Below the pieces are notes generated by a model that saw only the letters and a list, made by a program, of their open reading frames with translations, was not told the origin of the DNA and made no database searches. From positions 5,935-69,934 of the forward strand of contig CAZICQ010000015.1 in NCBI GenBank assembly GCA_964537775.1: a DNA stretch of 64,000 nucleotides, in the 5' to 3' direction. The translations under genes and the position numbers were made by a program. Position 1 is the stretch's first letter. Each line of letters opens with the position of its first letter. This DNA is from an uncultured Gemmatimonadaceae bacterium (GTDB lineage: Bacteria; Gemmatimonadota; Gemmatimonadetes; Gemmatimonadales; Gemmatimonadaceae). Below, piece after piece: positions 1-9,561 of this stretch.

Positions 1-750
1 GCACAGTGACCTCGGCACCGCTGGCGCGACCGACGCGAGCGGCGACGCCGGCTCTGAGATCTGCTTGGCGAGCAGGGCGGGTGTGCTCGGCGCATCGAAA
101 GGCAACCGTCCGCTCAGCGCCACGTGGGCGACGATGCCGAGCGAGTACAGATCGCTGCGGGCGCCGAGTGCTTCGCCCGACGCCTGCTCGGGACTCATGT
201 AGTGCGCGCTCCCTAACACTAATCCGGCGTCGCTTCCGATGTCGGGAGTCTTCTCGGCGCGCGCGATGCCGAAGTCGGTGAGCATGGCGCGCCCGCTGCC
301 GCGCTCGATGAGGATGTTCTCCGGCTTCACGTCGCGGTGCACGATGCCGCGCGCGTGAGCGTACGCCAGCGCCCACGCCGCCTCGCGCAGCACGCGCGCG
401 CCTTCGTGCGGCGACAGCGGGCCGTGGCTGCGCACGCGGCTCCCGAGCGTTTCGCCCTCCACATACGCCATGGCGAAGTAGACGAAATCCGCCCGCTCGC
501 CGACGCGAAAGATCGGCACGATGTTCGGGTGCGACAGCCGCGCCGCCGTGCGCGCCTCCCGGAGGAAGCGCTCGCGCAGCGCTGGCTGCGCCGCCAGCCG
601 CGGCGGCAGAATCTTGAGCGCGACCAGCCGGTCCAGGCTCACCTCGCGCGCGAGGTAGACGATCCCCATCCCGCCGCGGCCGAGCTCCCGCTCGAGCGAG
701 TATTCCCCCGCGAGCGCTTCCTGGAAACTGATGAACTCGGGATCGATCAT
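1..750 (-). CDS. Hanks-type serine/threonine protein kinase, N-terminal catalytic domain (C-terminus lies beyond the window edge)
   Basis: Reverse-complement translation from the ATG at 750-748 reads MIDPEFISFQEALAGEYSLERELGRGGMGIVYLAREV..LVALKIL..HRDVKPENIL..DFGIA..YMSPEQ. These are the Gly-loop, VAxK, HRD, DFG and SPE kinase motifs. The frame is open to position 1, so it is absent from the ORF track. Confidence 0.9.
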   Translation of the reverse strand, partial: MIDPEFISFQEALAGEYSLERELGRGGMGIVYLAREVSLDRLVALKILPPRLAAQPALRERFLREARTAARLSHPNIVPIFRVGERADFVYFAMAYVEGETLGSRVRSHGPLSPHEGARVLREAAWALAYAHARGIVHRDVKPENILIERGSGRAMLTDFGIARAEKTPDIGSDAGLVLGSAHYMSPEQASGEALGARSDLYSLGIVAHVALSGRLPFDAPSTPALLAKQISEPASPLASVAPAVPRSLC

Positions 751-870
751 CGCCGGCAACGGTAGCGGAAGGGACAGCGAAGTCGCGCTGTGAAATGACG
801 ATTGCCCGGCGCCTCCCGCCACCGCGCAGCAGAGGGACTGCCCCATCCAGAAAACCGTCCATTGAAATCC

Positions 871-985
871 GCGTCCGCAGCCCGCAGTACGTCCGCAGTA
901 CGCAGTGCGCAGTTGGTCCGAGTCCGCAGTCCGCAGCCCTGCTGCGCAGTTGGTCCGACTCCGAAGTCCGCCGCCCTGCTGCGCG
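871..985. repeat. Degenerate heptanucleotide array (AGTCCGC / CCGCAGT type) containing about 2.1 copies of a 37-nt tandem unit
   Basis: CCGCAG-like units recur mostly at 7-nt spacing from about 875. Segments 907-943 and 944-980 are direct copies (gcgcagttggtccgagtccgcagtccgcagccctgct vs gcgcagttggtccgactccgaagtccgccgccctgct, 3 mismatches), and a third copy starts at 981. The array lies in the 249-nt divergent region between the kinase and ispH. Confidence 0.85.
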
Positions 986-999
986 ATTATGTTACAATC

Positions 1000-2202
1000 A
1001 TGCCCTCGCCTGACACCTACTTCCGCAAAGGCTTTGGCCTCAAAGCCGAGGTCCAGGATGATCTCGCCGTCTACGGCGGCCGCATCGTGGACGTCATGCG
1101 CGACCGCGACTACACGTTGCAGGTGGGCGACATCACCCTCCGCCTCGCCCGCGAGTTCGGCTTCTGCTACGGCGTCGAGCGCGCGGTGGAGTACGCCTAT
1201 CAGGCGCGGCGGAAGTTTCCCGACAAGCGCATCGTGCTCGTCGGGGAGATCATCCACAATCCGCACGTCAACAACAAGCTGCGGGAGCTGGGCGTCCGGA
1301 TTCTGGAGCGCGGCGCCGATGGCTTCGACTTCGGCGACATCACGCCAAACGACGTCGTGATTCTGCCGGCGTTCGGCGTCACCATCGACGATTTTCAGCG
1401 GCTGCACGCGATCGGTTGCGTCCTCGTGGACACCACCTGCGGCTCGGTGCTCAATGTGTGGAAGCGGGTGGACAGCTATGCCCGGGATGGCTTCACGGCG
1501 TTGATCCATGGCAAGTACGCGCACGAGGAGACGCGCGCGACCGCGTCGCAGGCGCGAAAGCATGCCGGCGGCCAGTACCTCGTGGTGCGGAACATGGACG
1601 AGGCGCGCCTCGTCTGCGATTTCATCGAAGGACGCATCGCCGCACAGGCGATCCTGTCCCGCTTCGCGCCGCACGCGGTATCGCCGGGCTTCGATCCGGC
1701 GCGCGATCTGCAGCGCATCGGCGTGGCCAACCAAACGACGATGCTGGCGAAGGAATCGCTCGCGATCGCCGAGGAAGTCGGAGCAGCAATCGCGCGCGCC
1801 CGCGGGGCCGAGGCGCGCGCTCGCGACTTCCGGAGCTTCGACACGATTTGCAGCGCCACGCAGGAGCGGCAGGATGCGGTGATCGAGCTGCTCGAGGAGC
1901 CGCTGGATCTGATGATCGTCATCGGTGGCTTCAACTCCAGCAACACGATCTCCCTCGCGTCGCTCTGCGCGGACCGCGTCCCGACCTTTCACATCGAGGT
2001 CGCCACCAGCATTGATCCCGTCGCCAAAACGATTCACCACCGCGTGTCCGGCGTTCATCATCACGAGGAAACCACCGCCGACTGGCTACCCGCCGGGCCG
2101 TTGCGCATCGGCATCACGGCGGGCGCGAGCACACCCAACAACAAGATCGGAGAGGTGATCACCCGCGTGCTCGCCACGCGCGACCTTCAGCTCGAGTTCT
2201 GA
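1000..2202 (+). CDS. ispH: 4-hydroxy-3-methylbut-2-enyl diphosphate reductase (IspH/LytB)
   Basis: ATG at 1000 is in frame with track ORF 802..2202; the upstream part of that ORF is repeat-derived. Motifs: FGFCYGVERAV, GEIIHNPHVN, VDTTCGSV, DTICSATQERQ, GGFNSSNT, giving the three cluster cysteines and the SSN motif of IspH. Confidence 0.9.
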   Translation: MPSPDTYFRKGFGLKAEVQDDLAVYGGRIVDVMRDRDYTLQVGDITLRLAREFGFCYGVERAVEYAYQARRKFPDKRIVLVGEIIHNPHVNNKLRELGVRILERGADGFDFGDITPNDVVILPAFGVTIDDFQRLHAIGCVLVDTTCGSVLNVWKRVDSYARDGFTALIHGKYAHEETRATASQARKHAGGQYLVVRNMDEARLVCDFIEGRIAAQAILSRFAPHAVSPGFDPARDLQRIGVANQTTMLAKESLAIAEEVGAAIARARGAEARARDFRSFDTICSATQERQDAVIELLEEPLDLMIVIGGFNSSNTISLASLCADRVPTFHIEVATSIDPVAKTIHHRVSGVHHHEETTADWLPAGPLRIGITAGASTPNNKIGEVITRVLATRDLQLEF

Positions 2203-2248
2203 GGCGCGCGTCCGTTCCCGCTGCGGTTGCCCGGTCGTATCTTGCGAT

Positions 2249-3019
2249 GTGCGATTCAACCGGTACATCGCTCTCGGCGACTCGATGTCCATCGATCTGT
2301 ATCCGGCGCTCGATCTCGGATTGACCGACGTTGCCGTGGCGTTGGAGCGCTCCGTCGACGCCGGCACGGTTGCTCCCGTGGGCGCCGCGTCGCTCTTCTA
2401 TAGAAACGAAGATGAGCAGTGGCCCGAAGATCAGGGCGCCGACCTCGTGAGCCAGTTCCCATCCATCGAGCCGCGCATCCTGGCGCAGGACAATGCGACG
2501 ATCGGGGACATCTTCGGTGAGCAGCTTCCCGGGATCGACGAAGACCAGGAAGCCACGCTCGTGACGCTGACCGCCGGCGGAAACGATCTGCTCAGCGCCT
2601 TCGCCAACAAGCCCCGGCATGATCTGCTGGTGCGCATCGCCGACGACATCGCCGACGCGTACGACTTCCTGGTGAAGTCGATACGCGAGGCGCGGCCCAA
2701 CTCGGGGCTGGTGCTCACGACGATCTACGACCCGTCCGACGGCACCGGGCGCGTGCCGGGCGTGCTCGAGAGCGCGGGACCCATGCCCCTCGATGTGCTC
2801 GAGCGTCTGAATGGCCGGATCAGACGTATCGCCGATGACACAGAGGGAGCCATCGTCGCCGATGTGCATGCGCACTTTCTTGGACACGGTGTGTCGGCGC
2901 CGGAGAAGGAGCGCTGGTACTGGCGCCGCTCCCTCATCGAGCCGAACGCGCGCGGCGCCAGCGAGATCCGTCACGTCTGGCTCGAATCCTTGCAGCAGCT
3001 GCAGGAAGTCCTGGACTGA
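2249..3019 (+). CDS. SGNH/GDSL-family hydrolase
   Basis: GTG start. N-terminal block I YIALGDSMS and block III LTAGGNDL are present. Regular high GC3 coding frame. Confidence 0.75.
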   Translation: MRFNRYIALGDSMSIDLYPALDLGLTDVAVALERSVDAGTVAPVGAASLFYRNEDEQWPEDQGADLVSQFPSIEPRILAQDNATIGDIFGEQLPGIDEDQEATLVTLTAGGNDLLSAFANKPRHDLLVRIADDIADAYDFLVKSIREARPNSGLVLTTIYDPSDGTGRVPGVLESAGPMPLDVLERLNGRIRRIADDTEGAIVADVHAHFLGHGVSAPEKERWYWRRSLIEPNARGASEIRHVWLESLQQLQEVLD

Positions 3020-3035
3020 TCGACCCGAGCATCCG

Positions 3036-4097
3036 ATGACCGGAGCACTCGACCAGCTCGACACGTTGCGGCGCCAGTCCACCGCCGGCGCGATGGCAAC
3101 GCTGGTGGCCGCGAAAGGTGCCACGCCGAAGAAAGCGGGCGCGAAGATGTGGGTCGACGCAGCGGGCGACATCCTTGGGTCGGTGACGATCGGCGGCTGT
3201 GTCGACGCCGAGGTGGTGCGTGCCTCTGACGCGGTGATCAAGCGCGGCGGCGCGTCGCTGCTCGAGCTCTCGCTCGGCGACGAGGAGGCATGGGACATCG
3301 GCCTCACCTGCGGCGGAGCGGTCGAAGTGCTCGTGGAATGCGTGGACGGCCGCGACGCCGGCGACCCCGTGCTCGCTGCCTACGACACTGCGGCCGCCGA
3401 AGTGGCCGCCGGTCGCCGCGCGATCATCGTGACGGCGCTGGACGGCGGTCGCGAGCGGATGGTCGTCGGCGCGAACAGGCGGCTCTTCGGCTCGTTTGGC
3501 GACGCGCCCCTCGACGCCGCAGTGGTCGAGGAGGCGCTCACGCAGATGCCGGCGTCTTCGTCGGCGGTGCGGGAGGTCCGCACCGCCGAAAGCAGCCGGC
3601 GCTTCTACTTCGAGCTGCTCCGGCCCGCGGAGACGGTGGCGATCTTCGGTGCCGGAGACGTGGCGATGTCGCTGGCGGTGATCGCGCGCGAGCTGGGCAT
3701 GCGCACCATCATCGTCGACGCCCGGGAGCGGTACGCAACGCGCCAACGCTTTCCCTCCGCCGACGAGCTGCTCGTCGGCATGCCGTCGGAGATCGCGGAG
3801 CGACTTCCTGCATCGGCGTCGTTGTACGTCGTGCTGGTGGCGCACGACTATAAGTACGAGCTGCCCGTGCTTCGTCACGTTTTGCGTAGCGACGTCGGGT
3901 ACGTCGGCATGCTGGGGAGCAGGAAGCGCGGCGCCGCGCTGAAGAACATGCTGCGCGCCGAGGGCTTCACCGACGACGAGCTCGCGCGCATTCACACGCC
4001 GATCGGATTGAACATCGGAGCGAAGAGCGCCGCCGAGATCGCGCTCGCGATCGCGGCGGAGATCGTCGCCGTCCGGGAGGGAGCGGCGAAGGCATGA
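3036..4097 (+). CDS. XdhC/CoxI-family molybdenum-hydroxylase maturation protein
   Basis: ATG at 3036 in frame with track ORF 2811..4097. N-terminal XdhC_CoxI-like segment (AMATLVAAKGATPKKAGAKMWV...GSVTIGGCVDAEV) and C-terminal Rossmann-like segment (VAIFGAGDVAMSLAVIARELG...VGMLGSRKR). Confidence 0.8.
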   Translation: MTGALDQLDTLRRQSTAGAMATLVAAKGATPKKAGAKMWVDAAGDILGSVTIGGCVDAEVVRASDAVIKRGGASLLELSLGDEEAWDIGLTCGGAVEVLVECVDGRDAGDPVLAAYDTAAAEVAAGRRAIIVTALDGGRERMVVGANRRLFGSFGDAPLDAAVVEEALTQMPASSSAVREVRTAESSRRFYFELLRPAETVAIFGAGDVAMSLAVIARELGMRTIIVDARERYATRQRFPSADELLVGMPSEIAERLPASASLYVVLVAHDYKYELPVLRHVLRSDVGYVGMLGSRKRGAALKNMLRAEGFTDDELARIHTPIGLNIGAKSAAEIALAIAAEIVAVREGAAKA

Positions 4098-4480
4098 CGG
4101 CCAGATCCTACGGCGGTCTGGTGCTCGAGCACTTTCGCCATCCGCGCAACCACGGGAAGCTTGCCGACCCCGATGTGTCGGAGGAAGGCGTGAATGCTCT
4201 CTGCGGCGATATCATCCGCGTCGACCTCGCGTTTCGCGGTGAGCGCATCGAAGACGTGCGCTTCACGGCGAACGCATGTGCGATCTGCGTGGCGTCGGCG
4301 TCGCTGCTGACCGAGCGGCTGATGGGCATGACCACTGCCGCGGCGGCGGCACTGCGGGAGGAATCGGCGGTCGCGCAGCTGTCGACGGAGATTCCGGAGG
4401 GTCGCGTCAGCTGTGCCGTCCTGCCGCTCCGCACCGCGCAGCGCGCTGTGGCGCGGTGGCGCGCTATGCACGTCGCATGA
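4094..4480 (+). CDS. NifU-N / IscU-SufU-like Fe-S cluster scaffold protein
   Basis: HFRHPRNHGKL, ALCGD, ANACAICVASAS and a C-terminal VSCAVLPL cysteine fit the scaffold Cys triad. The ATG overlaps the xdhC-like stop (ATGA). Confidence 0.75.
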   Translation: MTARSYGGLVLEHFRHPRNHGKLADPDVSEEGVNALCGDIIRVDLAFRGERIEDVRFTANACAICVASASLLTERLMGMTTAAAAALREESAVAQLSTEIPEGRVSCAVLPLRTAQRAVARWRAMHVA

Positions 4481-5085
4481 TCGCGGCGATTCTCCTCGCC
4501 GCCGGCCAGGGCCGGCGCTTCGGCGCCGAAGTGAGCAAGCTCGTGGCCCCGTTAGGCACGAGCACGGTGGTGCGCCAGACGGCGATCCGGCTGCTGGCGT
4601 CGCCCGTGGATCGGGTGCTCGTCGTGGTGGGGGCCGGCGCCGCAGGCGAGTCCGTCCGGCGCGCCCTCGAGGGCCTGGACGTCGCGTTTGTCGACAATCC
4701 CCGTCACACCGAAGGCCTCGGAACGTCAGTGGCGGCCGGCATCACGGCCCTCGACGACAGCGTGGATCTCGCCCTCGTAGCGCTCGGCGATCAGCCGTCG
4801 GTGTCCGGTGTGGTCGTGAACGACCTCATCATTGCCCGGCGCAGGACGGACAAGCCGATCATCGTGCCGCGCTACAACGGGCAGCGCGGGAACCCGGTGC
4901 TCTTTCAGCGCGACATCTTCCCGGAGCTGCGGCGACTGACCGGCGATACCGGCGCGCGCGAGATTATCGAGAGGGAACCCTCGCGGGTAGAATGGTTGGA
5001 CGTCCACAGCCCGATGCCGGCGGACGTCGACACACCCGAAGACCTCGAGCGTTTGCGGCGAGGAGGAGCAACGACAGATGGCTGA
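4477..5085 (+). CDS. MobA/MocA-like nucleotidyltransferase (molybdenum cofactor cytidylyl/guanylyl transferase family)
   Basis: ATG at 4477 overlaps the preceding TGA (ATGA). N-terminus is [16 protein letters not shown], followed by GLGTSVAAG and LGDQP motifs. Confidence 0.8.
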   Translation: MIAAILLAAGQGRRFGAEVSKLVAPLGTSTVVRQTAIRLLASPVDRVLVVVGAGAAGESVRRALEGLDVAFVDNPRHTEGLGTSVAAGITALDDSVDLALVALGDQPSVSGVVVNDLIIARRRTDKPIIVPRYNGQRGNPVLFQRDIFPELRRLTGDTGAREIIEREPSRVEWLDVHSPMPADVDTPEDLERLRRGGATTDG

Positions 5086-5488
5086 CAAGCATACCAGTGA
5101 AAAGATCGAGCGCAGCGACGCGGAGTGGCGTGAGAAGCTGACGCCCGAGCAGTACCACGTCTGTCGCGAGCAGGGCACCGAGCGCGCGTTCACGGGCAAG
5201 TACTGGAACGAGCATGCGGCAGGCACCTACCGGTGTGCCGCCTGTGGCGAGCCGCTGTTCGACTCGAGCACCAAATTCGACTCCGGCACAGGCTGGCCCA
5301 GCTTCTACGCGCCGGCGTCGCCGGACAGCGTCGAGGAGCGGGAGGATCGGAGCCACGGCATGCGGCGCGTCGAGGTGGTCTGCTCGAAGTGCGGCTCGCA
5401 TCTGGGCCATGTCTTCGACGACGGCCCCGCTCCGACCGGTCAGCGGTACTGCATGAACTCGGCGGCGCTGGACCTCGAGAAGAAGTGA
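5078..5488 (+). CDS. msrB: Peptide-methionine (R)-S-oxide reductase MsrB
   Basis: Two CxxC zinc motifs ([25 protein letters not shown]), GWPSF, and the catalytic RYCMNSAAL. Overlaps the mocA-like stop by 8 nt. Confidence 0.92.
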   Translation: MADKHTSEKIERSDAEWREKLTPEQYHVCREQGTERAFTGKYWNEHAAGTYRCAACGEPLFDSSTKFDSGTGWPSFYAPASPDSVEEREDRSHGMRRVEVVCSKCGSHLGHVFDDGPAPTGQRYCMNSAALDLEKK

Positions 5489-5817
5489 TCGAGCGGCTGT
5501 TGCTCACACTGCGCGCCCTCGCCGCCGGCGGCGGTGTAAGCGACGCTCGCCTGCAGCGACTCGCGGGCGACTACCTCGACGCGTACCGATTGATCGTCGA
5601 CTGTCCACAGCTCGAATTAGGGTCGACCGCGCGCGCGGCCGTGGAGGATGTCGCGCTCGTGGCGGAGCGCATTGGCCAGGGGGCGGCCACGGAAGCAACG
5701 CGCCGGGCCGGCGCCGCTGCCGCCCGCCGGGCCCTGTTCGCGCTCGGTGAAGCGGTGAGCACAGGGGAGTCGCCCGCGGTCGCGGACGGTGCTATCCTAG
5801 ACCGCCCTCAAGGCTGA
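5485..5817 (+). CDS. Hypothetical protein (about 110 aa)
   Basis: GTG at 5485 overlaps the msrB stop (GTGA). Continuous GC3-rich frame, part of track ORF 5233..5817. No recognisable motif. Confidence 0.45.
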   Translation: MIERLLLTLRALAAGGGVSDARLQRLAGDYLDAYRLIVDCPQLELGSTARAAVEDVALVAERIGQGAATEATRRAGAAAARRALFALGEAVSTGESPAVADGAILDRPQG

Positions 5818-5884
5818 CCGTCTCGAGCGCCGGTGCGCGAGCGGTCCGGCCAGTCCATCCACCCGATCCGGAACAGCGCGAGCC

Positions 5885-7579
5885 ATGTCGCTCTGTCGGG
5901 CGTTGTGCCTCGTTCCCGCCGCCGTCGCTGTGGCGGCCGCGCAGTCGACTCAACGCAATGCCGATATGGCGCACCGGTCAGCGGTGTACGCGCCTAACGG
6001 GATCGCGGCGACGAGTCAGCCGCTGGCGACGTCGGCGGCGCTCGCGGTGCTGCAACGTGGCGGCAATGCCGTCGACGCGGCGGTGACGGCGGCGGCGGTG
6101 CTCGCGGTCGTCGAGCCGATGATGACCGGCATCGGTGGTGACATGTTCGCGATCGTGTGGCCGGCCAACGAGCGGAAGCTGGTCACGCTGAACGCGAGTG
6201 GCCGCGCCGGCGCGGGCATGACGCGCGAGGAGCTGCTGCGCCGCGGGCGCACGCATATCGTCGGTCGCAGCGCCGAATCGATCACGGTACCGGGCGCGCT
6301 GGCCGGCTGGGACGCGCTGCTGAAGCGCTACGGCACCATTTCGCTCGCCCAAGCCCTCGAGCCGGCCATCCGCTACGCCGGCGAGGGCTTCCCCGTTACG
6401 CCTGTCATCGCCGCTGATTGGGCAGGTGCCCGCGATGTGCTGGTGCGCGATGAAGGTGGCGGCGCCCGTGCGACCTTTCTCATCGACGGCACGCGCACGC
6501 CGCGGGCGGGCGAATGGTTCCGCAATCCCGATCTCGCGGCGACGCTGCGCGCCATCGCGGCGGGCGGCCCGAAGGTGCTGTACGACGGCCCGTTAGGCGA
6601 GACGATCGTTGCGCGCGTGCGTGAGCTGGGCGGCTTCCTCACCATGGACGACCTGCGGCAGAACGTGCCCACGTGGGAGACGCCCATCTCCACCACATTC
6701 AAGGGCTATCGAGTTTGGGAGCTGCCGCCGAACAACCAGGGCATCGCCACGCTCGAGATGCTGCGGATGCTGGAGCCGTACGATCTGTTGGCCATGGGTC
6801 ACAACACGGCCGCGTATCTCCACCTGCTGATCGAGGCAAAGAAGCTCGCGTACGCCGACCTCGCGCGCTTCGTGGGCGATCCCGAGCATCTGGACGTCCC
6901 CGCGACGCATCTGTTGTCCGACGCCTTCATCGCCGAGCGGCGCACGCATCTCGATCCGCGGCGCGCGCACGAGCACCCCGCGCCCGGGCCAGCCGTCCTG
7001 GCCAGCGAGACCATCTATCTCACCGTCGCCGACAAGGACGGCAACATGGTCTCCTTCATCAACAGCCTGTTCGACGAATTCGGATCCGGCGTCGTGGTGC
7101 CCGGAACCGGCTTCGCGCTGCAGGACCGCGGTGCCGGCTTCACCCTCGAACCTGGGCTGCCGAACACCGTCGCGCCGGGCAAGCGGCCCTTTCACACGCT
7201 CATTCCCGGCTTCGTCACCAGGCCCGCGGCCCAGATGCGGCCGGACGGCAGCGGTGACGAGCCGTACATGAGCTTCGGTCTGATGGGCGGCGCGATGCAG
7301 GCGCAGGGACACGCGCAGTTTCTGTTGAACCTCCTCGTCTTCGGCATGGACGTGCAGCAGGCGATCGACGCGGCACGCTTCCGCCACCTCGACGGCAATC
7401 GTGTGGCGATCGAGACGCCGGTCCCCGACAGCGTCCGCGCGGCGCTGCGCGCGCTCGGGCACGAGATCATCGATGAGCATCACACGGCGTTCGGCGGCGC
7501 GCAGGCGATCATTCGGCTGCCGCACGGCTGGGTCGCCGGCTCGGATCCCCGCAAAGACGGACACGCGGCCGGCTATTGA
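5885..7579 (+). CDS. ggt: Gamma-glutamyltransferase (paralog 1), secreted
   Basis: 564 aa with a signal-like N-terminus. GGT-family blocks: GGNAVDAAV, MTGIGGDMFA, the processing-site region ETIYLTVADKDGNMVSFINSL, and GLMGG. Confidence 0.88.
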   Translation: MSLCRALCLVPAAVAVAAAQSTQRNADMAHRSAVYAPNGIAATSQPLATSAALAVLQRGGNAVDAAVTAAAVLAVVEPMMTGIGGDMFAIVWPANERKLVTLNASGRAGAGMTREELLRRGRTHIVGRSAESITVPGALAGWDALLKRYGTISLAQALEPAIRYAGEGFPVTPVIAADWAGARDVLVRDEGGGARATFLIDGTRTPRAGEWFRNPDLAATLRAIAAGGPKVLYDGPLGETIVARVRELGGFLTMDDLRQNVPTWETPISTTFKGYRVWELPPNNQGIATLEMLRMLEPYDLLAMGHNTAAYLHLLIEAKKLAYADLARFVGDPEHLDVPATHLLSDAFIAERRTHLDPRRAHEHPAPGPAVLASETIYLTVADKDGNMVSFINSLFDEFGSGVVVPGTGFALQDRGAGFTLEPGLPNTVAPGKRPFHTLIPGFVTRPAAQMRPDGSGDEPYMSFGLMGGAMQAQGHAQFLLNLLVFGMDVQQAIDAARFRHLDGNRVAIETPVPDSVRAALRALGHEIIDEHHTAFGGAQAIIRLPHGWVAGSDPRKDGHAAGY

Positions 7580-7636
7580 CCACACCACTCGTTCCTGTCC
7601 CGTCTTCTCCTCGAACCCGATATTGGAGAGCCCACG

Positions 7637-7918
7637 ATGGAACCTAACGAACGGTTGCGCGCCCTCGCGGCGTCCCGATGGCGTGTGGCGCTCGTGCTCA
7701 CAGCGGCCACGGTCGTCATCTACTTCGGCTTCATCGCGCTCATCGCCTACGATCGGCCGTTCATGGCCAGGCTTATCGTGCCGGGGCTGAGCGTCGGCAT
7801 TGCGTTGGGTGCCCTGGTGATCGTGGCATCGTGGCTGCTGACGCTCGGGTATGTGCGCTGGGCGAACACACGATACGATGTCGAGTTGCGATCGCTCGTT
7901 GACGGGAGCGGACGATGA
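7637..7918 (+). CDS. DUF485 (YjcH-like) small membrane protein
   Basis: 93 aa with two predicted TM helices. Its stop overlaps the start of the following acetate-permease-like gene, which is the classic yjcH-actP arrangement. Confidence 0.75.
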   Translation: MEPNERLRALAASRWRVALVLTAATVVIYFGFIALIAYDRPFMARLIVPGLSVGIALGALVIVASWLLTLGYVRWANTRYDVELRSLVDGSGR

Positions 7919-9477
7919 ACGCCGCGAGCTCGATCGGTCACCCGAACACGGTCGCGATGGGGTTCTTCGTTCTGTTCATCGCCATCACGTTAGGCATCAC
8001 GTACTGGGCGGCGCGACGGACGAGGACCACGGAGCACTTCTATGCCGCCGGCCGCACGATCACCGCCGGCCAGAACGGCTTCGCCCTCGCCGGCGATTAC
8101 ATGAGCGCGGCGTCGTTTCTCGGCATTGCCGGCCTCGTGTCGACGACCGGATTCGACGGCTTGATCTACTCCACGGGCTGGCTGGTGGGCTGGCCGGTTG
8201 TGCTCTTTCTCATCGCCGAGCCGCTCCGGAATCTTGGACGCTACACCTTCGCCGATGTCGTGGCGTTGCGGCTACGCCAGCGCCCCGTGCGCATCGCAGC
8301 GGCGATCGGCACGCTCGCCACAGTGATTCTGTACCTCATCGCGCAGATGGTCGGCGCGGGCGGGTTGATACGCCTGATGTTCGGCCTCAGCTACGAGACG
8401 GCCATCGTTCTCGTCGGCGTCGCCATGATCGCGTACGTGTTGTTCGGCGGCATGCTGGCCACCACGTGGGTGCAGATCGTGAAGGCCGCGCTCCTTCTGA
8501 CCGGCGCCTGCCTGCTCGCCCTGCTCGTGCTGGCGCGTTTTGGAATGAATCCGGCGGCGCTGTTCGCCGCCGCGGCGGCAAAGTATGGCAATGGCGTGCT
8601 CGCGCCGGGGAAGCTGGTGTCGAACCCGCTCGACGCGATCTCGCTCGGCATGGCGCTGATGTTCGGCACCGCCGGCCTCCCGCACATTTTGATGCGCTTC
8701 TATACGGTTCCGGACGCGAAGGCCGCGCGCACGAGCGTGTTCTACGCCACGGGGCTGATTGGCTTCTTTTATCTCCTCACCTTCGTTCTTGGCTTCGGCG
8801 CGATGGTGCTGGTTGGCCCCGACGCGATCAAGGCCGTCGACAAGGGAGGAAACATGGCGGCGCCGCTGCTCGCGGAGCTGCTCGGGGGCACGCCCTTCCT
8901 CGGGTTCATCGCCGCGGTGGCCTTCGCTACGATCCTGGCGGTGGTCGCCGGACTCACGCTGTCCGGCGCGGCCGCGCTCTCTCACGATCTGTGGGTGAAC
9001 GCTGTGCGCGGTGGTGAGGCCAGCTCGACGGAACAGTTCCGCGTGGCGCGGATGGCGACGGTCTGTCTCGGCGTCATCGCGGTCTTCCTCGGCATCACCT
9101 TCAAGAGCCAAAACGTGGCGTACATGGTGGGACTCGCGTTTGCGATCGCCGCCAGCGCGAATTTTCCGGCGCTCCTGCTGTCGATGTTCTGGCGGCGCCT
9201 GACGACGGCGGGCGCGGTGTCGAGCATGCTCTTTGGCACGGTCGCGACGCTGGTGCTGATCTATCTCTCACCCACCCTGCAGATCGACGTGTTCAAGCAC
9301 ACGACCGCCACCTTCCCGCTGAAGAATCCGGCGCTCGTCACGATTCCACTGTCGTTCATCGTCTGCATCGTCGTGTCGCTGCTCGGCTCGAGGCCCGCCG
9401 GCGAGGGCGATGCCGAGCGACATCGGGAGCACGAGCGACAGATGCACCTCGGCGCGCCCGTCGTGGACGTCGGCTAG
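7915..9477 (+). CDS. actP: Cation/acetate symporter ActP (sodium:solute symporter family)
   Basis: 520 aa polytopic protein. The N-terminus FFVLFIAITLGITYWAARRTRTTEHFYAAGR..GQNGFALAGDYMSAASFLG is typical of ActP/SSF proteins. Confidence 0.85.
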   Translation: MNAASSIGHPNTVAMGFFVLFIAITLGITYWAARRTRTTEHFYAAGRTITAGQNGFALAGDYMSAASFLGIAGLVSTTGFDGLIYSTGWLVGWPVVLFLIAEPLRNLGRYTFADVVALRLRQRPVRIAAAIGTLATVILYLIAQMVGAGGLIRLMFGLSYETAIVLVGVAMIAYVLFGGMLATTWVQIVKAALLLTGACLLALLVLARFGMNPAALFAAAAAKYGNGVLAPGKLVSNPLDAISLGMALMFGTAGLPHILMRFYTVPDAKAARTSVFYATGLIGFFYLLTFVLGFGAMVLVGPDAIKAVDKGGNMAAPLLAELLGGTPFLGFIAAVAFATILAVVAGLTLSGAAALSHDLWVNAVRGGEASSTEQFRVARMATVCLGVIAVFLGITFKSQNVAYMVGLAFAIAASANFPALLLSMFWRRLTTAGAVSSMLFGTVATLVLIYLSPTLQIDVFKHTTATFPLKNPALVTIPLSFIVCIVVSLLGSRPAGEGDAERHREHERQMHLGAPVVDVG

Positions 9478-9561
9478 AGATCACGCCGTTCGAGCAGTAC
9501 ATTCGCACGCGTGTCACCGATGTTGCCACGAGATCACAACCACTCTGCGTCAGGAGACCGT

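Noticed and set aside
992-1002. TACAAT hexamer immediately upstream of the ispH ATG, suggesting a leaderless mRNA
   Set aside because: The hexamer ends only 1-2 nt before the ATG, too close for a -10 element to initiate at the start codon. It may be coincidental, or may serve a different start.
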